DNA from: a virus
Lineage: Duplodnaviria; Caudoviricetes
DNA: 55,635 nt
IMG/VR virus record: IMGVR_UViG_3300044995_000318
Coordinates: 1-55,635 of that record
Strand: one strand, 5' to 3'
The number at the start of each line of letters is the position of its first letter. Position 1 is the first letter of the stretch. Positions 1-7,838 of the stretch are shown in pieces. Both the position numbers and the translations under genes were made by a program. Under the pieces are notes generated by a model. That model saw nothing but the letters and a program-made list of their open reading frames with translations, was not told where the DNA came from and made no database searches.

Positions 1-591
1 GTTCAAGATGGTTTTGTTGCTGAAAATTCGATTCAATCTCTTATTAGTCAAGAGGATGCTGATGCTCAAGCATCAGCTTTGGCTGCAAGTTTAAAAATTT
101 GTATTAATAATAATTTCATCGGAGGGGGTAACAATGAAAGTCCTTACGATGAATATGTTCACCCGTTTAAAGTGTTAACCAATTTTCATAATGGCAATAT
201 GCGTGTGGGAGTATATTATCATTCTGATCTTTATAGATCTTTAGCTCCTAGCGATAAACAAACTATCACAGGACTTTTAACTACGCACCCTCCGAGTAAC
301 AGTGATTCGGGCTGGTTTACGCCATTATCAAATGATTTAATATGGCTAGAAGTTGATTTTAATGATAATTATATTGTAACAGCAGCTAACATTAATTCTT
401 TAAGTGAAGGAGGAAACTTTGATATATCTGCTTATCCTTTTGAAAGTCCTGATGCTTGTTTAACTGAAAATAAAGCTCGTAAACTTATTGCTGAAATTAA
501 AAACGGACACATTATACAAATAATGAACACGCATCAAATTGCGAGACTTATTTGTATGGGTAGCCCTGGAGTGTATCCTTTTAATTACTAA
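1..591 (+). CDS. 5'-truncated hypothetical protein, probably tail-associated; DUF5977-like motif
   Basis: Frame 1 is open from base 1 (VQDGFVAENSIQSLISQEDADAQA...). ISQEDADAQA resembles the ISQxDAxxxA motif of DUF5977-type repeats. Confidence 0.5.
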   Translation, partial: VQDGFVAENSIQSLISQEDADAQASALAASLKICINNNFIGGGNNESPYDEYVHPFKVLTNFHNGNMRVGVYYHSDLYRSLAPSDKQTITGLLTTHPPSNSDSGWFTPLSNDLIWLEVDFNDNYIVTAANINSLSEGGNFDISAYPFESPDACLTENKARKLIAEIKNGHIIQIMNTHQIARLICMGSPGVYPFNY

Positions 592-598
592 TATATTT

Positions 599-1414
599 AT
601 GACTTACGACAGAGCTAGCGGATGTTTTCCTTTTCTTGTTCCGATATTTTCTTTATGGGATGGAGAAACGTATGGCCCTTGGGATGAAAAGGCTGGCATT
701 CTTTGGGCAGATCAAATCCCTTCAGCATCGGAAGATGAATTTATACCTGTTTGTGGACCTGGTACTCCATATAATATAAATTTTAATTTAAAAGAAGTAG
801 TTGAATTATATTGGAAAGTAAAAAATTTTTCAATCGATTTCGAATTTGATGGATTAACAAATAATTTAATATTAGGAAGAACCCGCATTCTTGGTGTGCT
901 TAAAGATTATAATAATGTGATTACAATTGGTGATCAGTATAAATACTATAACGAGCCAAAAAACACACCAATATCATTCTTGTGTTACGAACCCACAGAT
1001 TATAGTAGTTTTTTAGCGGAAACAGAATATGAGGATTTATCCAATGGGCTTTCAATTAATCTCCCTTTTGGAATTGACTACCTTCCTTTTTATGGTGTTG
1101 TAGCAGACCCTAATGGTACATATTGGATACGAACTGAATTTCAAATAACGGAATATGAAGTTGAAAATTATAATGTTAATCATAAAATAATAACTCCAAT
1201 AAAATATTTAAATTCAACACCTGTAACAGAATTTACATTAAATGCATTTGGGCAAACTATTCAATTATATGATTACCAAATAATTGGATCAGGACCTAAT
1301 ACAGTATCAGGTTTTTTAAATGTAGATATTAATGATTATTTTGATTATCAAAATGACTATAATAACTTTTTCTTTGCCCAAGACATTCCCAATGCCATTC
1401 AATATTTATTTTAG
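599..1414 (+). CDS. hypothetical protein (very AT-rich, Asn/Tyr-rich; possible tail-associated protein)
   Basis: ATG at 599, 7 nt after the previous stop; long open frame. Confidence 0.6.
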   Translation: MTYDRASGCFPFLVPIFSLWDGETYGPWDEKAGILWADQIPSASEDEFIPVCGPGTPYNINFNLKEVVELYWKVKNFSIDFEFDGLTNNLILGRTRILGVLKDYNNVITIGDQYKYYNEPKNTPISFLCYEPTDYSSFLAETEYEDLSNGLSINLPFGIDYLPFYGVVADPNGTYWIRTEFQITEYEVENYNVNHKIITPIKYLNSTPVTEFTLNAFGQTIQLYDYQIIGSGPNTVSGFLNVDINDYFDYQNDYNNFFFAQDIPNAIQYLF

Positions 1415-1447
1415 ATTTAATCAAAACACATTTTAAAATTAAAAATT

Positions 1448-1825
1448 ATGATAAATATTTTTATAACACTATTAATAGGAGCTTTTTCAGTTGCCACTTT
1501 GCTATGTATTTGGTTCAACGCAAATGCTCCCGTTCATGCGACAAAAATATTAAGAAAACTAGGATTTCTAAAATCCATCAAAAATTGGCCCCAAGGGTTA
1601 GATTATGAACACTGGATGCGCCATGAATGGGAAACTTGGCTTGCTCTCGAAGCTAAGCCTTTTTGGGCCGAACTTTTAAATTGCCCTACGTGCTTAAGTG
1701 TTCATATAAGTGTATATATGTCTGTATTCTTAGCACTGCTTACCGGAGACATATCAGTGATAGTGTTTGGTTCACTGTGCTGGCCTTCGGCCGCTAACCT
1801 CATTCTTAAACAAATTAAAAATTAA
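1448..1825 (+). CDS. membrane protein with CPxC motif (DUF1360-like)
   Basis: N-terminal hydrophobic helix; LLNCPTCLSVH followed by hydrophobic helices. Confidence 0.55.
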   Translation: MINIFITLLIGAFSVATLLCIWFNANAPVHATKILRKLGFLKSIKNWPQGLDYEHWMRHEWETWLALEAKPFWAELLNCPTCLSVHISVYMSVFLALLTGDISVIVFGSLCWPSAANLILKQIKN

Positions 1826-1829
1826 TCCT

Positions 1830-2240
1830 ATGAGACACATCTACATGTTCAAATACGTCAACGGAGTGAAAACCAAATTCAGGTTCTCTTTAGATGATGA
1901 AGGAGTTATCGTAGATGAAATCCAAGTCCCTGATGAAAGCCAAATTCAAAAAGAACAGATGTCCCAAAAAGAACATCTGTTAAAATCTCGGGGCTATGAA
2001 TTTCATTACGACGCCGAAGGTAAAATGGTCATTGATAAAGTGCCTACAAGGGAAGCCAAGATCATGACTTTCTTTAGCCCATCCTCCCCATGCTGGTTCA
2101 CCGGCTGCGAAGAGCTTAGACAAGAATACTATAAAGAGCTCGCAAAAATTGACACCCCAGGGTGCCCTCAGTGCATGAAAGGATCGTTAATAAGAAAATA
2201 CCAAGACAAGATTCGTGAAATGTGGAAGGAAGAAGCATGA
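1830..2240 (+). CDS. hypothetical protein with C-terminal Cys cluster
   Basis: ATG at 1830, just after the previous stop; PCWFTGC...GCPQC. Confidence 0.65.
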   Translation: MRHIYMFKYVNGVKTKFRFSLDDEGVIVDEIQVPDESQIQKEQMSQKEHLLKSRGYEFHYDAEGKMVIDKVPTREAKIMTFFSPSSPCWFTGCEELRQEYYKELAKIDTPGCPQCMKGSLIRKYQDKIREMWKEEA

Positions 2241-2461
2241 TCCCAGGACAGCCACCACCTATTGCCGGTATTGAAAAATACCCGGACCTCCAACATAGGT
2301 ACCATTTCGAATTTGCCAGAGCTTCTGGATCGGGTTGTTGCGGTAACAACGCTCATAACGCCGTGATCCGGAAGTTTGTCGAACTTGTCTCAATGCGGGA
2401 ATCTAGTATTTCCAAGACTAGTCAAAATGCTAGACCGCCTTGGCATCCAGGAAATTTTTAA
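2237..2461 (+). CDS. small hypothetical protein
   Basis: ATGA start/stop overlap with the upstream gene; GGAAGGAG-like purine tract upstream. Confidence 0.55.
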   Translation: MIPGQPPPIAGIEKYPDLQHRYHFEFARASGSGCCGNNAHNAVIRKFVELVSMRESSISKTSQNARPPWHPGNF

Positions 2462-2511
2462 ACACTTCGCTCAGGCTTGCTAATTACCCCGGTCAAGGGT
2501 AAAAAATTAGT

Positions 2512-3213
2512 GTGCCTGACGATATTCAAAATCAATTCGAAATTTGGAAATCTGATCCTTCTCCGGCTAATTTACACGGAGTTGTTCAGAAGCTTAGTCC
2601 CACAATCAACTACACATTAAGTTCGATTGGAGCGGATAACGACCCTCTTTTGCGTCAAGAAGCCTTACTTCTTGCAGGGGAAGCTGTTAAGAACTATGAC
2701 CCTTCCAAAGGAGCTGGACTACCCACATGGGTATCCCAACAGCTCATGCAGCTTCGGCGAATTAAACGATCCCTCAATTCTCCCATCAAAGTCCCGGAGC
2801 GTCACCAGTTAGACGCTATGCACATTCAGCGCATAGAAAACGAATTTATGGACAAGCATAACCGTGAACCGGATGTTCACGAATTGGCCGATGCCGCCAA
2901 AATGTCCGTAAAGCGCATCGAAAAAGTAAGAAAAGCTATGAGGAAAGTTCCTACGGAAGGAACGCTGCCTGATATTGGACAAACAGAAACCCCCTCTTTT
3001 GATGAAGAAGCTTTACGCTATGTTTATGAAGAAAGCGACTACATTGACCGTAAAATTCTTGAGCACAAAACAGGTTACGGAGGGCAGCCGGTTTTAAAAC
3101 CATTAGAGATTGCCAAAAAGCTCAATCTGACTCCTTCGCAACTTAGCCGCAGATCAGCTAAGCTTGCTTTTAAAATCAACGAGCTGACTTCAACCTTGGA
3201 ACAAGTGGCATGA
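2512..3213 (+). CDS. phage sigma70-family RNA polymerase sigma factor
   Basis: Region 2 (QEALLLAGEAVKNYDPSKGAGLPTWV), region 3 (KHNREPDVHELADAAKMSVKRI) and region 4 HTH (PLEIAKKLNLTPSQLSRR); GTG start. Confidence 0.85.
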   Translation: MPDDIQNQFEIWKSDPSPANLHGVVQKLSPTINYTLSSIGADNDPLLRQEALLLAGEAVKNYDPSKGAGLPTWVSQQLMQLRRIKRSLNSPIKVPERHQLDAMHIQRIENEFMDKHNREPDVHELADAAKMSVKRIEKVRKAMRKVPTEGTLPDIGQTETPSFDEEALRYVYEESDYIDRKILEHKTGYGGQPVLKPLEIAKKLNLTPSQLSRRSAKLAFKINELTSTLEQVA

Positions 3214-3548
3214 GTGCCCCAATAGACATAACTAAAAAAGGCGCTAACGCCTTATATTCCGCTTTAGACAAATTAGTTCAAGGAACGGACATTGATGCCG
3301 AACTTAAAGAAAAGAAACTCGAGTTCGTTGAAAAAGACGCCAAAAAGGCTTTGGAAGCAGCAGACGAAGAAGCAGCCAAAGACCGACATCATATCGGTAA
3401 ACGAATGAAACTTTTAAAAAGCTATACCATTTACCGAGATGGTCGCCACGCTCGGCTAACTCGATCCAAGATATTTGCTTTTGGGGCGCATTCAGCCTAC
3501 CGGGTTGCGTATGAGCACGCCAGACTAGCAAGGAGGATCGAATCGTGA
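3210..3548 (+). CDS. hypothetical protein
   Basis: Four-base start/stop overlaps with both neighbours. Confidence 0.7.
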   Translation: MSAPIDITKKGANALYSALDKLVQGTDIDAELKEKKLEFVEKDAKKALEAADEEAAKDRHHIGKRMKLLKSYTIYRDGRHARLTRSKIFAFGAHSAYRVAYEHARLARRIES

Positions 3549-3937
3549 AAGGGCTGAAACTCAATTTCGACCCCGAAGGGGCTAGTATTTCTTTAAACGA
3601 AATAGTGGAGGGTTTTGACGCCGTTGTTCAAAACGCCTTAGTCGTTATTGGTACATCCCAAGGATCCGACAAGATGCTTCCTGATAAAGGAACTAAGCTC
3701 CTAGAATATGGCGTGAAAGCAATGATCATAAACCGCATTAGCGCCATTCATGCGGCCAACTTTGCTTCAATTGACGCGCTGTTCTTTTCTAGAACTTATG
3801 AATCCCCTCGTGAAACGGACAAGCTGGCCAGTATTGAACTTTCTGTGCAAGATAAAGACGCTTACAAGTTAGCCTTGGTAGCGAAGTTCACTTCGATATC
3901 AGGAAAAGTAAAAGGAACACTTACTGGGTTAATGTAA
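3545..3937 (+). CDS. putative baseplate wedge protein (gp25/GPW-like)
   Basis: 130 aa, directly upstream of the baseplate J-like gene. VVQNALVVIGTSQGSDKMLPDKGT matches the Q...L.T..G.....P.yG pattern of gp25-like proteins. Confidence 0.55.
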   Translation: MKGLKLNFDPEGASISLNEIVEGFDAVVQNALVVIGTSQGSDKMLPDKGTKLLEYGVKAMIINRISAIHAANFASIDALFFSRTYESPRETDKLASIELSVQDKDAYKLALVAKFTSISGKVKGTLTGLM

Positions 3938-3938
3938 T

Positions 3939-5690
3939 ATGACCGCACCAATTGACTTATTTTCTATCTACATGCCTGATTTTGAAGCCGTTACGCCAGA
4001 ACATGCGGAGCGGGCCAGAACTAGGCTTGTTAAATACATTGAGCTTAAATGGCCGGACATCGACACTCGCCCCGGCTCTGTTTTTGGGGATACCTTTATA
4101 TCCCAAGCCGCATATATCATTGCTGCTCTGGAAATTGCCATGGGGCGGTTTATGTCGGACTTAGACCTTGAGAATGTCAGTAAAAACATCATCTATAACT
4201 GCGATTTTGTTCGTCGTTATTTGGATAACTTTGCCGTAGCCCCAAAGGAAACCCTTAAATCGGCTGGCGTGGTTCGGCTTAACTTTGTTAAAGACGAGCA
4301 CGTATCGATTGACCGCAGTTTTCGGATGAAATTCGGGAACGATATTTTCGAGCCAAGACTCCCTCATCCTGGAGGGTTAGAAATACTTCGAGTTGGCGAG
4401 CCGACGCCACCGGGACAAGTTAATACGGCCAGACTCATTCGAGTTGGTAATAGCTATTATGCGGATATTGCTGTTATTGGAACGATGACCGAACGTGTAA
4501 AAGCTCAAGCTTCGGGCAGCGTTAATTTTCAGCCTCCAAATCTTAACGGAGTTATTGCTCTTTACGATTTTGAATTTGGTACGCCGCCGCAATCCCTGCC
4601 TGAGTTAGCAAAATTAACCAGACGCACTGCTTACTCTGCTTCCTTGAACACCAGAGGCGGAGCAGAAAACTTTGTCCTTCTAGAGTTCCCTGACGTGACT
4701 CACGTTTCGGCCGTTTTGCCAGGAGACAACGAAGCAGTAAGAGACACCGTTAATCCTCTTGGAATAGCCAGCGGTAAACTGGATGTTTATGTCCGTTCCT
4801 CTGGTTTTGGTTTCCGTAACGTTCAAAGGTTACGCTTGAACTATAATCCGGCAACGGATCGTTTTGCTTCGAAAATTATTTTTAACCACCCTCCAATCCT
4901 TATCGACGACATTAGATATGAGGGTAATCCGACGATTAATTTAAAAAAGACAAACGACTCATGCGTGCTCTTTTCGAAATCTTCCGATTTTGCGAAAGCC
5001 CCTATGGCTTTGTGCGCCTACTCAAAATACGAGCAATTTTGGCTATCCATCAAAATGCCAAGGGATGAAAATACTGGATCTCCTTTAATTCAAACCGAGG
5101 TTACACATGACGGAGAGCAATATGCAGACTTTGTGATTGCTTACCGAACCGATCCGATGCTTATCCCGATTACTGAAGCTATCGAATCTGGCGATGTCAA
5201 ACCTGCAGGAGTGGAAGTTTTAGTAAGAGGATTTGTTCCTATTGTATTCCAAAGTATGAACATCAAATATGCCAGACGCCCAGGAACAATGGTTAATCTC
5301 ACCGCAGCTCGTGAAGAAATTTTAAAACATGTTCGATCCGCAGGATATCCAGTCAACTTTAATGAAGCCGCTATTGCGGATACCATGATGTATGCGGGAG
5401 CCAGTAATCTTTTAGCTATCGAGGTGCAAGCATTTGTCAGATGGACCGCCGCAGATAAAATTTTAAAATTAAATTCACCCGACCCAGTTACTAATTTTAC
5501 TGGCGCTATAGCAGATGCTTTAACTCCACATTCCGTTGAAATCGTCAGCGCCTCAGCAATGACACCAGAGTATGTCGATCCTTTTATCGGAACTCCGAAC
5601 GCAACATACGAAGTCTGTGGTTCTAGAAATGTTGTTTATATATTAGATGACGCCAAGCTAACTTTTGAAGAAGTTCAGGTGCCTAGATGA
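3939..5690 (+). CDS. baseplate J-like wedge protein
   Basis: WPDIDTRPGSVFGD, LDNFAV...SAGVVRLNF and EFPDVTHVSAV...GKLDVYVR are typical of baseplate J/gp6 proteins. Confidence 0.75.
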   Translation: MTAPIDLFSIYMPDFEAVTPEHAERARTRLVKYIELKWPDIDTRPGSVFGDTFISQAAYIIAALEIAMGRFMSDLDLENVSKNIIYNCDFVRRYLDNFAVAPKETLKSAGVVRLNFVKDEHVSIDRSFRMKFGNDIFEPRLPHPGGLEILRVGEPTPPGQVNTARLIRVGNSYYADIAVIGTMTERVKAQASGSVNFQPPNLNGVIALYDFEFGTPPQSLPELAKLTRRTAYSASLNTRGGAENFVLLEFPDVTHVSAVLPGDNEAVRDTVNPLGIASGKLDVYVRSSGFGFRNVQRLRLNYNPATDRFASKIIFNHPPILIDDIRYEGNPTINLKKTNDSCVLFSKSSDFAKAPMALCAYSKYEQFWLSIKMPRDENTGSPLIQTEVTHDGEQYADFVIAYRTDPMLIPITEAIESGDVKPAGVEVLVRGFVPIVFQSMNIKYARRPGTMVNLTAAREEILKHVRSAGYPVNFNEAAIADTMMYAGASNLLAIEVQAFVRWTAADKILKLNSPDPVTNFTGAIADALTPHSVEIVSASAMTPEYVDPFIGTPNATYEVCGSRNVVYILDDAKLTFEEVQVPR

Positions 5691-7066
5691 ACGAACCGTT
5701 AACAGATAATAGACTTAAAGCCCACGGGCTAGCCGGAGATTTTTGGTATTCCAAAATTAAGGAAGACCATAAAGAAATCGTTCGTGCTTTGCAGCAATCC
5801 ATATTTTTTAATACAGCTGCTTATAGCATGCTTAAAGAGTCTATTGATTGGACTTTAAACAACCCTATAGTTTGTGAAAATTTTACTATTAAATTAGACC
5901 GAAAAAACACGCTGGTGCTTAGTAGGGATATGCAGGTTCGTATTCGGACTGTTTTAAAAACCGAAGCTGGAACCCAACTTATTTTATATAAACCAAATAA
6001 CCGAGAGTTTGGAATGGCGGAACCTTGGTACACTTTAAAATACCCGCCTAAAGATTACATAATTCAAACAATAGACGGAGAATACATTTTATACCCTACG
6101 CCATCTACTGAAGATTCTTTTGTCATTCCTAAAGATTGGATTCAAACTCTACATATTACACCTGTAGAAAGAGGTTTAAACATTCGTGGCATTATTTCAA
6201 AAGATGGATTAATGCTGCAGGGCATTGATTTTCTTCAAAGAGGTATTTTCTTACTATTTAAAGAAGATCCGTTCACAATATTTCCCGACGGAATTGTTCC
6301 GGTTTTATCCGCCGGTAAAACAAAACGTCCTCTGCACAGTTTTTATTTATCCACCGATTACGGTTCGTCTGAATTAATAGCTAAATATAAAAAACGAGCT
6401 TCGACACCAGAAAACTTTAAAATGGCGGCGGCTTCTGCCGCAGGTTTAATAATTCTACCAGAATCCGGCACTCTTTTGAATATTACAAAAACCGCCGAAG
6501 GATATATTTATTCTTTTACTTTTGGAGATATTGCAGTTAATTACCCTCATAATCAATTAACCGTAAACCAATTTTACCAAAAAGGTTATTTAATAGGAGC
6601 TGGCTTTAAAATTAAAAATGGTCGTAAAGATCCTTTTAATAAATGGTGGCGTTCTTTTGATTGGTCTTCAGGACTTTCTTTAAATGGGCTTTGTCCATTT
6701 GAAGGATTAACAATCAAAGACCAGCCTCAAGTTTTTACAGCTTATGCACAAACGGGGGACAAGTTCCATGTAAGATTTCCTACTACTACAGACTCGGAAT
6801 TAGATGACAAATTTTGGGAACATATTAAACAATGCGAAATATGGTCGAATAAATATTTAAACGACGTAATCGGTTTAAATTATTTAAACGCGACTACTTT
6901 AATAAACCCTCTAGATTTCTTATTTGAACATCTATTGGAAGACCGAGCTATTGTTGTCGAATTGGACCGTAAACTTCTTGGAGACTCAACTTATTTTGCG
7001 CTGAAGGCTTTTCTTAAAAACGAAAAACCTGTAGGATACGTATTAATAATTAGGGAAACGTCATGA
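5687..7066 (+). CDS. putative baseplate/tail structural protein
   Basis: Coupled by ATGA to baseplate J; C-terminal FLKNEKPVG resembles the ..kPah ending of baseplate I-like proteins. Confidence 0.5.
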   Translation: MNEPLTDNRLKAHGLAGDFWYSKIKEDHKEIVRALQQSIFFNTAAYSMLKESIDWTLNNPIVCENFTIKLDRKNTLVLSRDMQVRIRTVLKTEAGTQLILYKPNNREFGMAEPWYTLKYPPKDYIIQTIDGEYILYPTPSTEDSFVIPKDWIQTLHITPVERGLNIRGIISKDGLMLQGIDFLQRGIFLLFKEDPFTIFPDGIVPVLSAGKTKRPLHSFYLSTDYGSSELIAKYKKRASTPENFKMAAASAAGLIILPESGTLLNITKTAEGYIYSFTFGDIAVNYPHNQLTVNQFYQKGYLIGAGFKIKNGRKDPFNKWWRSFDWSSGLSLNGLCPFEGLTIKDQPQVFTAYAQTGDKFHVRFPTTTDSELDDKFWEHIKQCEIWSNKYLNDVIGLNYLNATTLINPLDFLFEHLLEDRAIVVELDRKLLGDSTYFALKAFLKNEKPVGYVLIIRETS

Positions 7067-7461
7067 TCACTCTTCAAAGATACGGAATATTAAACCCGCC
7101 TAATCCTCGACACGTCTGGCCATTAAAAGTAGTGGCTATTTCCACTACTCCGGGGCTACCGTCCGAAATATTTGTTTATTGCGCCAATTTAGGAAGTGAT
7201 CCTCAATATCCAGGTGACATTTTTGAGTGCGTCGCTTCTGTTTCCCAACTTTATGATATAGGACTTGCTCCTGTTCTTGTTAATTCTTCCGCACAAACCC
7301 CTTATTACCGTAAAAACGTTTTGGAATTTGATTGTAGATCGGCAGAAGAAGCGGAAGATCTTTGGATCAAAGTAAAGCAAGACGTGACAGATCTTTATAA
7401 TAACTTCATTGCAGCAAATAACCTACGTTTAGATGAAACCGTTATCATTGGAAGCCCATGA
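7063..7461 (+). CDS. hypothetical protein (structural module)
   Basis: ATGA overlaps on both sides. Confidence 0.7.
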   Translation: MITLQRYGILNPPNPRHVWPLKVVAISTTPGLPSEIFVYCANLGSDPQYPGDIFECVASVSQLYDIGLAPVLVNSSAQTPYYRKNVLEFDCRSAEEAEDLWIKVKQDVTDLYNNFIAANNLRLDETVIIGSP

Positions 7462-7838
7462 CAACAAAACTATTAACTATACCTGGGTTGCACAAAGACC
7501 CGGAACCTGCAAATGATTCTTTGGTATTTGATATTCGTGGCAAAATTGAAAAAGTCGTTCACGAATATCCTCATTCCAATGTTTCTTTTCCTTCCAACCT
7601 TTTATTAAGAATCACTGATTTAAATAACCGTGTTTTGTTTTTTGAAAATGGGTTTTCAAAATTCAAACTGCAACCAGGAGAAAACGGGGTGCAAAAATTA
7701 ACTATGGTTTTAAACGCGATCGAGCTAAATCTTAAAAAAGGAACGTATATCGCTGAAATTTTTTTCAAACAAGGTTTGTCTCCTTCTGTTTATAAAAAAT
7801 ATTTTATTACATTTAAGGGTGTTACTCTGAACCCCTGA
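7458..7838 (+). CDS. hypothetical protein
   Basis: ATGA overlap with the upstream gene; converges on the next gene. Confidence 0.65.
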   Translation: MTTKLLTIPGLHKDPEPANDSLVFDIRGKIEKVVHEYPHSNVSFPSNLLLRITDLNNRVLFFENGFSKFKLQPGENGVQKLTMVLNAIELNLKKGTYIAEIFFKQGLSPSVYKKYFITFKGVTLNP

